Source: an uncultured Clostridia bacterium
GTDB lineage: Bacteria; Bacillota; Limnochordia; Darwinibacteriales; DTU012
DNA length: 64,000 bases
NCBI GenBank assembly: GCA_900019385.1
Contig: FIZJ01000006.1
Location: 94,593-158,592, forward strand
Direction of reading: 5' to 3'
The notes under the pieces were generated by a model, which did not search any database, had not been told where the DNA came from, and saw only the letters and a list, made by a program, of their open reading frames with translations. Position numbers and translations under genes: made by a program. Shown in pieces: positions 50,133 through 59,178 of this stretch. Every line of letters begins with the position of its first letter. Position 1 is the stretch's first letter.

Positions 50133-52184
50133 TTGGACGCTTCTGAATTCAAAGATGTATTTGCCGCCGAAGCGCAAGAATACTTACAGGCTTTGAACAA
50201 AGACTTGCTGCGGCTGGAGAGCAATCCCGACGATCGGGGTGCTTTGAATGACATGTTCAGGGCAGCACACAGTCTTAAGGGTATGTCCAGCACTATGGGT
50301 TATCAGGAGCTTGCCGACTTCACGCATCAGATTGAAAGTGTGCTCGATCTTCTGCGTGTCGGCGAGCTGTCTGCCGATGAAAAGGTAGTCAACGTCCTGT
50401 TCAGAGCCTTTGACGATCTGCAGGTCTTGTTGGAGAAAACCTTACTTGATCAACCCTTGCCTGACTTGGAGGAGACCAAGGCCAAGCTTAGAGACCTGGT
50501 CATCAAACAGGATACTGTGGACATCGGCACTGAACTTGATGAGTCGGACGACAGTCCGTTAAAAATAGACGTTGAATTGGACGGCTATGATCGGGAAGTA
50601 TGCCAACAGGCTGCTGGTGAGGGTTACGCGCCATACAAGATTTTTATCACTTTGCGTCCCAAGACGCTCCTGAAATCGGTCCGTGTCTATACAGTGTTTC
50701 AGGCGTTGGAAAATCTCGGCACAATCATCAAATGCAATCCGTCCGCCCAAGACCTTGAAAACGAACAATTTGACCGAGACTTTGCAATCATTTTATTGAC
50801 TAAAGCTGACCAAAACACTATTAAACACACGGTGGAGAATATCTCTGAAATCGAAACAGTTTTCGTGGAACCAATCGAATTACGGGGTGGTGCTGCTGAA
50901 AAATCCCAAACATCTCGCGAAGTGGCTGCCGCTGCTGAAGAAGCAGCCTGTACAGAAGCTGAAGTAGGAGTCAAAGAGCAAGATCGAGTATTTCAGGGGT
51001 ACTCCCGTGGTGTCTATAGTGATCGCTTCATCCGTGTGGAAACGGACCGGCTTGACAGTCTTATCAATCTTGTGGGAGAACTGGTCATCAGCAAAACGCA
51101 GGTACTGGAAATCGACTCGGAGCTGCTAACCGACACTGCCCGCAACGCGCTCGTGCAGCTTGATCGGGTTACCACTGATCTTCAGTATGCGGCAATGAAG
51201 CTGCGGATGGTGCCGATTAAGCAGGTTTTCGACCGCTTCCCCAGGTTGGTTCGGGATTTGGCCCAGGCAGCGGGAAAGAACATCAATCTTGAGATTTATG
51301 GTGAAGATACTGAACTTGATCGTTCGCTTGTCAACCAGATCGGCGATCCGCTGGTGCATCTCATCCGGAACAGCATTGACCATGGGATCGAGACCGCTCA
51401 AAAGCGTTTGGCCGCCGGCAAACCTGCTCAAGCCACCTTGCGGCTCAGCGCGTTCCACGAAGGTGGCCACGTGATCATTCAAGTCTTTGATGACGGCCAG
51501 GGTTTAGTGCTGAGCCGCATCACCGAAATCGCCAGGGAACGTGGGCTCATTCCACCTGATTTCGACGGTGTGGTTACCATGGAACAGGCCATCGACCTGA
51601 TCTTCCAGCCTGGTTTCAGCACCAACGAGGTTGTCACTGATCTGTCGGGGCGCGGTGTGGGCATGGATGTAGTCAAGAGCATTGTCGAGGGATTGGGTGG
51701 ACATGTGGAGATCGAATCCAGCCCTGGGGAAGGAACATGTGTCACAATCAAACTGCCGCTTACTCTAGCGATCATCAAAGCACTGTTGATCAACTGCGGT
51801 AATCAGGTTTATGCATTACCGATCCAGTCAGTACGTGAAAACTTGTTGGTGACGCACTCTCAAATTAAGACCGTGTCCCAACAGAACGTGATTGTGCTGA
51901 GAAGTGAGATCCTCCCAATAGTCGATCTCGCTGAATCATTAGGATTTGCGCCTCAAGACCACGGAGACACTCTCACGGTTATTGTCGTGGAATCACATGG
52001 AGAAAAGGCAGGGTTTATCGTGGATGACATAATAGGGCAGCAGGAAATCGTGATCAAGTCGCTGTCCGATTTCCTCGGCAGCATTCGCGGTATTAGTGGT
52101 GCTACCGTGCTCGGTAACGGAGAAGTGGCACTGATATTGGATCACAACTCATTGATCAAAGGGAGGAATGATGTCGTTGGCTAA
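50133..52184 (+). CDS. cheA: Chemotaxis histidine kinase CheA
   Basis: HPt with HSLKG, and P2, dimerisation, HATPase (GRGVGMDVV) and CheW-like P5 domains. TTG start. Confidence 0.93.
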   Translation: MDASEFKDVFAAEAQEYLQALNKDLLRLESNPDDRGALNDMFRAAHSLKGMSSTMGYQELADFTHQIESVLDLLRVGELSADEKVVNVLFRAFDDLQVLLEKTLLDQPLPDLEETKAKLRDLVIKQDTVDIGTELDESDDSPLKIDVELDGYDREVCQQAAGEGYAPYKIFITLRPKTLLKSVRVYTVFQALENLGTIIKCNPSAQDLENEQFDRDFAIILLTKADQNTIKHTVENISEIETVFVEPIELRGGAAEKSQTSREVAAAAEEAACTEAEVGVKEQDRVFQGYSRGVYSDRFIRVETDRLDSLINLVGELVISKTQVLEIDSELLTDTARNALVQLDRVTTDLQYAAMKLRMVPIKQVFDRFPRLVRDLAQAAGKNINLEIYGEDTELDRSLVNQIGDPLVHLIRNSIDHGIETAQKRLAAGKPAQATLRLSAFHEGGHVIIQVFDDGQGLVLSRITEIARERGLIPPDFDGVVTMEQAIDLIFQPGFSTNEVVTDLSGRGVGMDVVKSIVEGLGGHVEIESSPGEGTCVTIKLPLTLAIIKALLINCGNQVYALPIQSVRENLLVTHSQIKTVSQQNVIVLRSEILPIVDLAESLGFAPQDHGDTLTVIVVESHGEKAGFIVDDIIGQQEIVIKSLSDFLGSIRGISGATVLGNGEVALILDHNSLIKGRNDVVG

Positions 52185-52539
52185 GACAGTCCTGATTACC
52201 GATGACACAGCATTTATGCGCATGACGCTGAGAAATGTTATACAGAAAAATGGATTCACTGTTGTAGGTGAGGCGGCTGACGGAGAAGAAGCCGTGAATA
52301 AATATAAAGAACTGCGGCCGGATCTGGTCACTATGGATATCACAATGCCCAAAATGGATGGGATAACCGCCATAAAAGAAATTGTAAAATTTGATCCCAA
52401 CGCCAGAATCATTGTTTGCAGCGCCATGGGCCAAAAACCGATGGTCATTGAAGCATTGAACGCCGGGGCCCGGGATTTCCTGGTTAAACCGTTCGACGCA
52501 CAGCGGGTAGTCGAGGCACTTCACAAGGCTTCTAGTTAG
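52168..52539 (+). CDS. cheY: Chemotaxis response regulator CheY
   Basis: 123-aa REC domain, D..D...DITMPKMDG...K. Confidence 0.92.
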   Translation: MMSLAKTVLITDDTAFMRMTLRNVIQKNGFTVVGEAADGEEAVNKYKELRPDLVTMDITMPKMDGITAIKEIVKFDPNARIIVCSAMGQKPMVIEALNAGARDFLVKPFDAQRVVEALHKASS

Positions 52540-52550
52540 GAGGTCTTACT

Positions 52551-53153
52551 GTGAAAGACAAACTGGATTTTTTGTCAGAGCTCGGCAATATTGGCGCAAG
52601 CTATGCCACAACAGCTCTGTCAAAAATGCTCCACGATGCCAAACTGAAGCTGACGGTACCGCAATCGCGCTTGCTCTCATTTAATGAAGCTGCCAACTAT
52701 ATTCCTGATCCGGAAGCTGTTGTTGTCTGTGTGTATATGCGGATGGTGGAAGGATTCGAAGCCAATATCGCTTTTATCCTGCCACTGAACAGCGCTGTTG
52801 CTTTGGCTGAGTATTTAACGTCCGAAAAATCGGACCATCTATCTGAATTGGGCCTGTCGGCACTGCTTGAGGTTGGCAATATTATGCTTAGTTCATATCT
52901 TACTGCATTGAGCATGCTGTCGGGAGCGAAACTTACACCTACTGTGCCGGGAATTGCTGTGGACATGAACGGCGCAATCTGGGAGAGCATTTTGGCGGAT
53001 GCCGGCATTACCGATTTTGTTACTGTCCTGGAAACGCATTTTTCCACTGACAATATGGAATTGTCAGGGAATTTATTTTTTATACCCGACCATGATCTGT
53101 ACGACTTTCTGTCACAAAAGGTTTCTGGTTTCTTGTTGGAGGAAAATACATGA
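52551..53153 (+). CDS. cheC: CheY-P phosphatase CheC
   Basis: 200 aa, two CheC repeats (..ELGNIGASYATTALS.. / ..EVGNIMLSSYLTALS..). Confidence 0.88.
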   Translation: MKDKLDFLSELGNIGASYATTALSKMLHDAKLKLTVPQSRLLSFNEAANYIPDPEAVVVCVYMRMVEGFEANIAFILPLNSAVALAEYLTSEKSDHLSELGLSALLEVGNIMLSSYLTALSMLSGAKLTPTVPGIAVDMNGAIWESILADAGITDFVTVLETHFSTDNMELSGNLFFIPDHDLYDFLSQKVSGFLLEENT

Positions 53154-53632
53154 ACGAGGTCTTCGTCAATATGGGTCAAATAGGGGTGTTAAGGAACAGC
53201 GGTGTTTTAGTGACAGTCGGGTTAGGTTCATGTGTCGGTGTTAGCCTTTATGATCCGAGTACGAAGGTGGGAGCGTTAGCCCATGTTTTTTTAGCTAAGA
53301 GTAGAGAAAACACCGACCGCGAAACCATACCCGGGAAATATGCAGATACTGCCATACCGGCCTTGATTGACATGGCTGTAAAAGCAGGGGCCAACAGGAA
53401 CAGATTTCAAGCCAAAATTGCAGGTGGTGCCCATCTTTTTGACAACTTTAAGTCCGACATGCCTCCTGTCGGACAGAAAAATGTCGAAGCGGTAATAGAA
53501 CAATTGAATAAATATAAGATACCCATAACTGGCAAAGATGTCTTTGGCAAACGGGGACGGAAAATGTCGCTATACGTTGATACAGGAATTGTAGTGGTTA
53601 CAACCATCGGTCAAGAATCGATCCAGATTTGA
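53150..53632 (+). CDS. cheD: Chemoreceptor glutamine deamidase CheD
   Basis: 160 aa, ..LGSCVGVSLYD.. catalytic Cys motif. Confidence 0.9.
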   Translation: MNEVFVNMGQIGVLRNSGVLVTVGLGSCVGVSLYDPSTKVGALAHVFLAKSRENTDRETIPGKYADTAIPALIDMAVKAGANRNRFQAKIAGGAHLFDNFKSDMPPVGQKNVEAVIEQLNKYKIPITGKDVFGKRGRKMSLYVDTGIVVVTTIGQESIQI

Positions 53633-53642
53633 GGTGGGCACA

Positions 53643-54689
53643 ATGGCAATCAGAGTCTTAGTTGTGGATGACAGCGCATTTATGCGCAAACTAATTTCCG
53701 AAATTCTCAACGAACAGCCGGACATCGAAGTGGTCAGCACAGCGCGGAACGGTCTTGATGCCCTGAAGAAGCTTGAGCGGTACCAGGTGGATGTCGTTAC
53801 GTTGGACCTGGAGATGCCGGTTTTGGACGGAGTGGCAACCATTGAGCGAATCATGGCCACCCATCTTATACCCATACTGGTGATCAGCAACTGGGCCGAA
53901 CGAAGCTTTGAAGCCACAATCAATGCCTTGTCCAAAGGCGCGGTTGACTTTATCGCCAAGCCATCCGGCACGATTTCGCTTGACTTGCGGAAAATAGGCG
54001 CTGAATTAGTAGACAAAGTCCGTTCGCTCGCAGGTGTGGTTGTTTCCAAACCTGTAACCCGTAAGGCTGCTCCCAGGCCGGTAATCCGGCCCCGGCAGAG
54101 GGTAAAAGCAAAGGCTGATGTCAGCGACGTAGTTGTGGTGATTGGTTCGTCCACAGGTGGGCCGAGGGCCCTGGAGGAGCTGTTTGTGCGGCTTCCGGAT
54201 GATCTGGGCGCCGGGATTCTGGTTGTGCAGCACATGCCTAAAAACTTTACCCGCAGTCTGGCCCAACGTTTGAACGCTCTTTCTCCATTGGAAGTCAAAG
54301 AAGCAGAAGAAGGCGACACGATCAGAAACGGCTTGGCACTGGTTGCGCCCGGTGATTATCATCTGGTTGTCGATCACAACAAACAAGTGAGGCTGAATCA
54401 AAACCCGCCTGTTAAGTATCTACGCCCATCGATCGATGTCACAATGCTCAGCCTGATCGATGTTTTTCAGAATCAGGTTGTCGGGGTTATTCTTACCGGA
54501 ATGGGCAACGACGGTTCCGAAGGCATGTCCGCTATCAAACGTACCGGCGGATACACCATTATTCAAGATGAGGCCACCGCGACGATTTTCAGCATGCCCA
54601 AGGCTGTTTTGGAGCAGGGAAATGCCGATCATATACTGCCAATTGATCAGATCGCTGATATGATTGTCGCTTTGGTGAACGAATTCTAG
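53643..54689 (+). CDS. cheB: Chemotaxis methylesterase CheB (REC plus methylesterase). GTG 53634 is an alternative start.
   Basis: N-terminal REC (VLVVDDSAFMR), and C-terminal esterase GSSTGGP...GMGNDG. Confidence 0.92.
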   Translation: MAIRVLVVDDSAFMRKLISEILNEQPDIEVVSTARNGLDALKKLERYQVDVVTLDLEMPVLDGVATIERIMATHLIPILVISNWAERSFEATINALSKGAVDFIAKPSGTISLDLRKIGAELVDKVRSLAGVVVSKPVTRKAAPRPVIRPRQRVKAKADVSDVVVVIGSSTGGPRALEELFVRLPDDLGAGILVVQHMPKNFTRSLAQRLNALSPLEVKEAEEGDTIRNGLALVAPGDYHLVVDHNKQVRLNQNPPVKYLRPSIDVTMLSLIDVFQNQVVGVILTGMGNDGSEGMSAIKRTGGYTIIQDEATATIFSMPKAVLEQGNADHILPIDQIADMIVALVNEF

Positions 54690-54704
54690 TGGAGGATCGC
54701 ACGC

Positions 54705-55463
54705 ATGGATTATGAAGTCTTTAAAGCCAAAGTCCGCGACCTGATCCAGCTAGATCTGAGTTCTTACAAACAGCAGCAGATGAAGCGCCGAATCCTGCAG
54801 TGGATTGCCCGTCATGAACTGAACGATTTTTCAGGGCTTTTTAATACACTGAAAACTGACGCAGATCACCGCCGCGAATTCATCGACTATTTGACAATCA
54901 ATACGTCCCACTTTTTCCGCGATCAAGGTGTTTTTGACTATCTTGCAGAAAAAATCCTACCGGCAATCGCTTCTTCGCAAGCGCGGATCTGGAGCGCAGG
55001 ATGCTCCATAGGCGCTGAACCATACTCTATAGCCATGATCATGCTGGACAAAAAGCTTCCTTTTGCTGAGATAATCGCCACAGACATCGACGAAGACAGT
55101 CTTAAGAGAGCAGCGGCAGGCGTCTATTATCCCAATCAAGTGAGCCAAGTGCCCACCAGCCTGCTGGAGCGCTATTTTACCACGGGAAAAGATCACTACC
55201 AGCTCAAAGAAATCGTCAAGCGGCAGGTCAAGTTTCTAAAGCACAACCTTTTGACCGATCCGTACCATAAAGGTTTTGATCTTATTCTCTGCCGCAATGT
55301 ATTCATCTATTTCACCAGCGAGATTCAAAACCGTTTGATCAAGCAGTTTGTCGCGTCTCTGAAACAAGGTGGGTATTTTGTTGTCGGTTCGGCCGAATTG
55401 ATTATTAACCCGGCCGTGTATGGATTGGATCGGGTAAGTTACTGCATCTACCAAAAAGGTTAA
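54705..55463 (+). CDS. cheR: Chemotaxis methyltransferase CheR
   Basis: SAM-dependent MTase with the CheR N-terminal helical domain, and ..IWSAGCSIGAEPYS... Confidence 0.9.
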   Translation: MDYEVFKAKVRDLIQLDLSSYKQQQMKRRILQWIARHELNDFSGLFNTLKTDADHRREFIDYLTINTSHFFRDQGVFDYLAEKILPAIASSQARIWSAGCSIGAEPYSIAMIMLDKKLPFAEIIATDIDEDSLKRAAAGVYYPNQVSQVPTSLLERYFTTGKDHYQLKEIVKRQVKFLKHNLLTDPYHKGFDLILCRNVFIYFTSEIQNRLIKQFVASLKQGGYFVVGSAELIINPAVYGLDRVSYCIYQKG

Positions 55464-55485
55464 TTTGGTTAAGGATGTGCTGCCA

Positions 55486-57459
55486 ATGGCCAAATCGGTG
55501 ATTTTCCACGGAGAGACAATTGAAAAGGCAATTGACGCTGGGCTTCAGCAGCTTGGTGTCGATCGTTCACAGGTGAGAATAGAGGTCATCAGTGAACCGA
55601 AAAAGAGCATTTTTGGCTTACCTATCAAATCAGCCGCCGTAAAACTGACACTACTAGATGACGAAAACAAAGATCCAAGCGCAAGTGAGTCTCCAGCGCC
55701 GGTAGATGGGCTTCTTTGGGTCGAAAACGGAAAGCTCCAGTATTCTCCGCCGCAGGCAGGCGGTGAGAACCCTGTCCTGATATTCGACGACCTGGTGACA
55801 GTGTATTACAACGACACCCAGTGCAAGCACAGGGTCGAACTTGATCAAGGATTTGAACCACTACGGCTTGAACTGCCCGAGGACCAGCAGCCGCGCAAAG
55901 ACTTGAATATTTATGTCACGTCAGATCAGCTCCAAGCTTATGTAAGGATTAACAAGCTTGACGGCTGCCGATACTACCTAGTTGATCAGCCGCCGACCAG
56001 ACTGCTGGAATTGAAGTTGGAAAAAGAAATAATCCCTGCACCAAGTATCACCGCCGAAGAGATTCTGGATTTGGCTAGAAATGCAGGAATCACCTACGGG
56101 TTTAATCTAGAGAAGCTGAGAGGCCCAATCCCGTCGGATCAAGATGAAATCCTGATCGCTTCTGGCAGGGCACCTGTTCAACCGAAAGATGGCTCTGTCG
56201 AATATGAGTTTGAAAAACACGAACAACAAGAGCCAGACTTGGATGCGGACAGAATTGACTATTATGAGTTGAAACCTGTTCTGTCTGTTGAGCGCGGCGC
56301 CCTGCTCGCCAGAAGAAACTTGGGGATTCCCGGTGAAAAAGGGATTACGGTTTACGGCAAAGAAATCCCTGTGCCCAGCCCCAAGGAGAAACCTATTCTC
56401 GTAGGTGATGGTGTTTACTTAAGTGATGACGAGTTGACAGCCTATGCCGATCGCGACGGCCTGCCGGTTGTCCAGAACGGTGTTCTCAAAGTGCTCAAAG
56501 TGTTTGAGCTTACACGGGATGCAAACCTGCAAACAGGCAATATCCGGTTTAACGGCGAAATAGTTATCCGCGGCAATGTCAGCGACCGGGTCAAAGTCGA
56601 GGCTCAATCCGGCGGAGTACAAGTGTATGGGATTGTCGATCAAGCGGAGATCGAAGCGGAACGCGATGTGATCATCATGAAAAATGCCATCGCTTCGCGG
56701 ATCAAAGCAGGTGGGCTTGGCGCCATATACACCAAGGTCGGTTCATATCTGCATGAGTTGGAAACTCTATTCTTCCATCTCACCCAATCGTTCATGCTGA
56801 TCCACTCCCGTACCGGAATAGTGGATACAGGAACTCTGGTTAAGAACTTGATTGAAATCAAGTTCCCAAAAATCCCCAAGATGATTCAGGAATTCGACAG
56901 CGAGTTTCAAAGTGCGATGGCATCTTTTCCGCCGGATTTCCGCACCTTGATCCTTGAATTGAAAGCCTATTTCCTAGACCGTGGCCCGCTGCGCATCAAA
57001 GAAATCTGTTTAGTCCGCCAGTTTCTGGAACAAATCGAATACTGGCAGAACCATTTTCAAACAAGCGGGGAACAGGGTGCGGATGTACAGGTAGGCTATA
57101 TCCAGACCTGTTCGATCGAAGCATCGGGCAAGGTTGTGGTAAACGGCAAAGGCGTCTATTACTCAAACATTGTCGCCGGAAAAGGCTACTACCAACCGCG
57201 GGGAGTCTTTCGCAGCAGCAATGTGGTTGTGGAAACTGGGAATATTGACATTAGGGAAATCGGCAGTCCAAGCGGCAGCGCCGCCAGTGCGTCCATCACA
57301 AGCAGGGGTAATATGACACTAAGGACGGTACATCCCAATGTCACTGTGGCGTTCGGCAACCAAAAATACCGTTTCATGCAGCAGGCAACCAATGTGAAAG
57401 TGACATGGACTGAAGAAGAAGGCATGGCTATCTACAGCGGCTCCAAAAAACTACTGTAA
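55486..57459 (+). CDS. fapA: FapA (flagellar assembly protein A, DUF342) family protein. The ORF opens at TTG 55465.
   Basis: N-terminal Jag-like domain (..IEKAIDAGLQQLGV..) and a C-terminal repetitive beta-solenoid-like region. Last gene of the che operon. Confidence 0.6.
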   Translation: MAKSVIFHGETIEKAIDAGLQQLGVDRSQVRIEVISEPKKSIFGLPIKSAAVKLTLLDDENKDPSASESPAPVDGLLWVENGKLQYSPPQAGGENPVLIFDDLVTVYYNDTQCKHRVELDQGFEPLRLELPEDQQPRKDLNIYVTSDQLQAYVRINKLDGCRYYLVDQPPTRLLELKLEKEIIPAPSITAEEILDLARNAGITYGFNLEKLRGPIPSDQDEILIASGRAPVQPKDGSVEYEFEKHEQQEPDLDADRIDYYELKPVLSVERGALLARRNLGIPGEKGITVYGKEIPVPSPKEKPILVGDGVYLSDDELTAYADRDGLPVVQNGVLKVLKVFELTRDANLQTGNIRFNGEIVIRGNVSDRVKVEAQSGGVQVYGIVDQAEIEAERDVIIMKNAIASRIKAGGLGAIYTKVGSYLHELETLFFHLTQSFMLIHSRTGIVDTGTLVKNLIEIKFPKIPKMIQEFDSEFQSAMASFPPDFRTLILELKAYFLDRGPLRIKEICLVRQFLEQIEYWQNHFQTSGEQGADVQVGYIQTCSIEASGKVVVNGKGVYYSNIVAGKGYYQPRGVFRSSNVVVETGNIDIREIGSPSGSAASASITSRGNMTLRTVHPNVTVAFGNQKYRFMQQATNVKVTWTEEEGMAIYSGSKKLL

Positions 57460-57475
57460 TCGACGGAGGATTCTC

Positions 57476-57982
57476 ATGAGCACCAATCGTACAAGCAAGC
57501 TTGTCTATCTTGGCCTGATGGTGGGGATTGCCTTAGCCTTGCATATCATCGAGTCGCTTCTTCCAATACCGGCGCCGATACCCGGCGCCAAATTAGGTTT
57601 GGCCAACATAGCGGCTTTGTACGTGATTATCCGGATGGGCACAAAAGAATCCGTCTGTGTGACTGTTTTACGCACCATTCTTGGTGCTCTGTACGGCGCA
57701 GGATTGTTTGCGCCTACTTTTTTGCTGAGTTTTTTCGGCGGCTTGGTAAGCACTGTTGTGATGGGACTCGGGTTTAGCGTATTCCAAAAACAGTTTAGTA
57801 TCATAGGACTGAGTGTTCTTGGCGCTGTAACCCATAATGTTGCTCAATTGGCGGTAGCCAGCTTCATGTTTGAGCAAATTGGCTTTTTTTACTACCTGCC
57901 GTATCTATTGTTCTATGCGCTGCCCACAGGGTTTTTCGTAGGTATCGTCACTCAACAGCTTGCCAAGAAAATCCACTTTTGA
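57476..57982 (+). CDS. Gx transporter family protein (Hpre_diP_synt_I-like small polytopic membrane protein)
   Basis: 168 aa, 5 TM segments, ..LGLANIAALYVIIRMG.. pattern. GGAGGA RBS. Confidence 0.6.
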   Translation: MSTNRTSKLVYLGLMVGIALALHIIESLLPIPAPIPGAKLGLANIAALYVIIRMGTKESVCVTVLRTILGALYGAGLFAPTFLLSFFGGLVSTVVMGLGFSVFQKQFSIIGLSVLGAVTHNVAQLAVASFMFEQIGFFYYLPYLLFYALPTGFFVGIVTQQLAKKIHF

Positions 57983-57987
57983 CTTTG

Positions 57988-58368
57988 CTAGAGGACATTC
58001 TGCAAGTTAAACATTTCATTGCGGTAAATGTGGCTGAAGTGCATGTCCAATTCCGCCAATTCCGCCAGGCCTGCAGCTTGTTCCTTGGAATCAATGAAAC
58101 TGATTAGTCTTGCAAGTGTGACTTCTATAGCCTCGATATCTGTATGGAATATGTACAGATCCCACCAGTCCTGCATCTGATTCCATCGCTTTTGCAGTTT
58201 TGCAGCCTTGTCCTGCGCCTCAAACCACTTGCCGCTGTTGACAAGCTCCATGAGGCTGGAGAGTTCATCCCGGAATTGATTGATTAAGACAAGTGTTTCG
58301 TGGGTGATGTAGATAGCCGCCGCTAGGAGCACAACCATGAAAATGGCCGATCCCACCAACAGTCTCAT
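57988..58368 (-). CDS. Small membrane-anchored protein, DUF4363-like. The ORF reaches 58425; the likely start is ATG 58368 with a GGAAGGAG RBS.
   Basis: N-terminal TM LLVGSAIFMVVLLAAAIYI followed by a helical soluble domain. Forms a minus-strand pair with the YetF-like gene. Confidence 0.5.
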   Translation of the reverse strand: MRLLVGSAIFMVVLLAAAIYITHETLVLINQFRDELSSLMELVNSGKWFEAQDKAAKLQKRWNQMQDWWDLYIFHTDIEAIEVTLARLISFIDSKEQAAGLAELAELDMHFSHIYRNEMFNLQNVL

Positions 58369-58369
58369 G

Positions 58370-59047
58370 CTACCGCTCCTTCCGTGTTTGATAGAACAGA
58401 TTTCCCTGGGTGTCCAGGCTGGCAAAGAAAACCTCGTTCACATCGTCTATACCAAGTTTGGCGAGCTCAGAAACGAGCCAATCCACCGTTAAACCAGCAT
58501 CCGAAAGGTTGTCGCGCTGGATCGTCCCGTCAAGAACCAACGGCAAAGGCAGGCCTTCATATCCGGTATCGATATGCAGATCGGCTGGGGTAAGCGGCCT
58601 TTTTTGCGACTTGGGAATCACACTGAGATTACCGCTGGTTTCCAGGATTGCAAACTCCACATCTGCGATATTGGCGTACCCCTTGGTACGGAGCTGCTCC
58701 AGCAGTTCATTGATGTTGTATCTGGCTTTGGCCAGCTCATCAATATCGATTTTGCCGTTCCGGATCACAATACTCGGACTGCCGTCCATGAATGACCTAA
58801 ACCACAAGCTTTTCATATTTATGTATGAGATGCAGACCTGTATGAAAAACAAAGTAAAGATCGGAATTAACCCATGGACGAGGGGAATAGCTTTGTCCTC
58901 CATGGGAATCGCCGCAAGTTCGGCAATCATGACCGCGACAACCAACTCATATGGTTCCAGTTGGCCGATTTGCCTTTTGCCCATAAGCCGCATGAGCACT
59001 ACCACCACGGCATAGATAATAAAGGTCCGCACAAAAACAATCAGCAC
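58370..59047 (-). CDS. DUF421 (YetF/YdfS-family) membrane protein. The ORF reaches 59104; the likely start is GTG 59047 with an AAGGAGGA RBS.
   Basis: N-terminal TM helices plus the conserved YetF-like C-terminal domain (..ELLEQLRTKGYANIADVEFAILETSGNLSV..). Confidence 0.7.
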   Translation of the reverse strand: MLIVFVRTFIIYAVVVVLMRLMGKRQIGQLEPYELVVAVMIAELAAIPMEDKAIPLVHGLIPIFTLFFIQVCISYINMKSLWFRSFMDGSPSIVIRNGKIDIDELAKARYNINELLEQLRTKGYANIADVEFAILETSGNLSVIPKSQKRPLTPADLHIDTGYEGLPLPLVLDGTIQRDNLSDAGLTVDWLVSELAKLGIDDVNEVFFASLDTQGNLFYQTRKER

Positions 59048-59178
59048 ATATAATCCTCCTTGGAACCGCAACCTATAACTGCTGCTATCTTCAATTATGA
59101 TCAAATCGAGTGGTATTATTCCAGGAGGAAAAACTGGATCAGACCAGAATTAATCAGCCAAGAGGAGGCAATAGGTTT

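Noticed and set aside
53570-54319. 249-aa minus-strand ORF
   Set aside because: Antisense to cheB, with Ser/Ala/Thr-rich junk composition.
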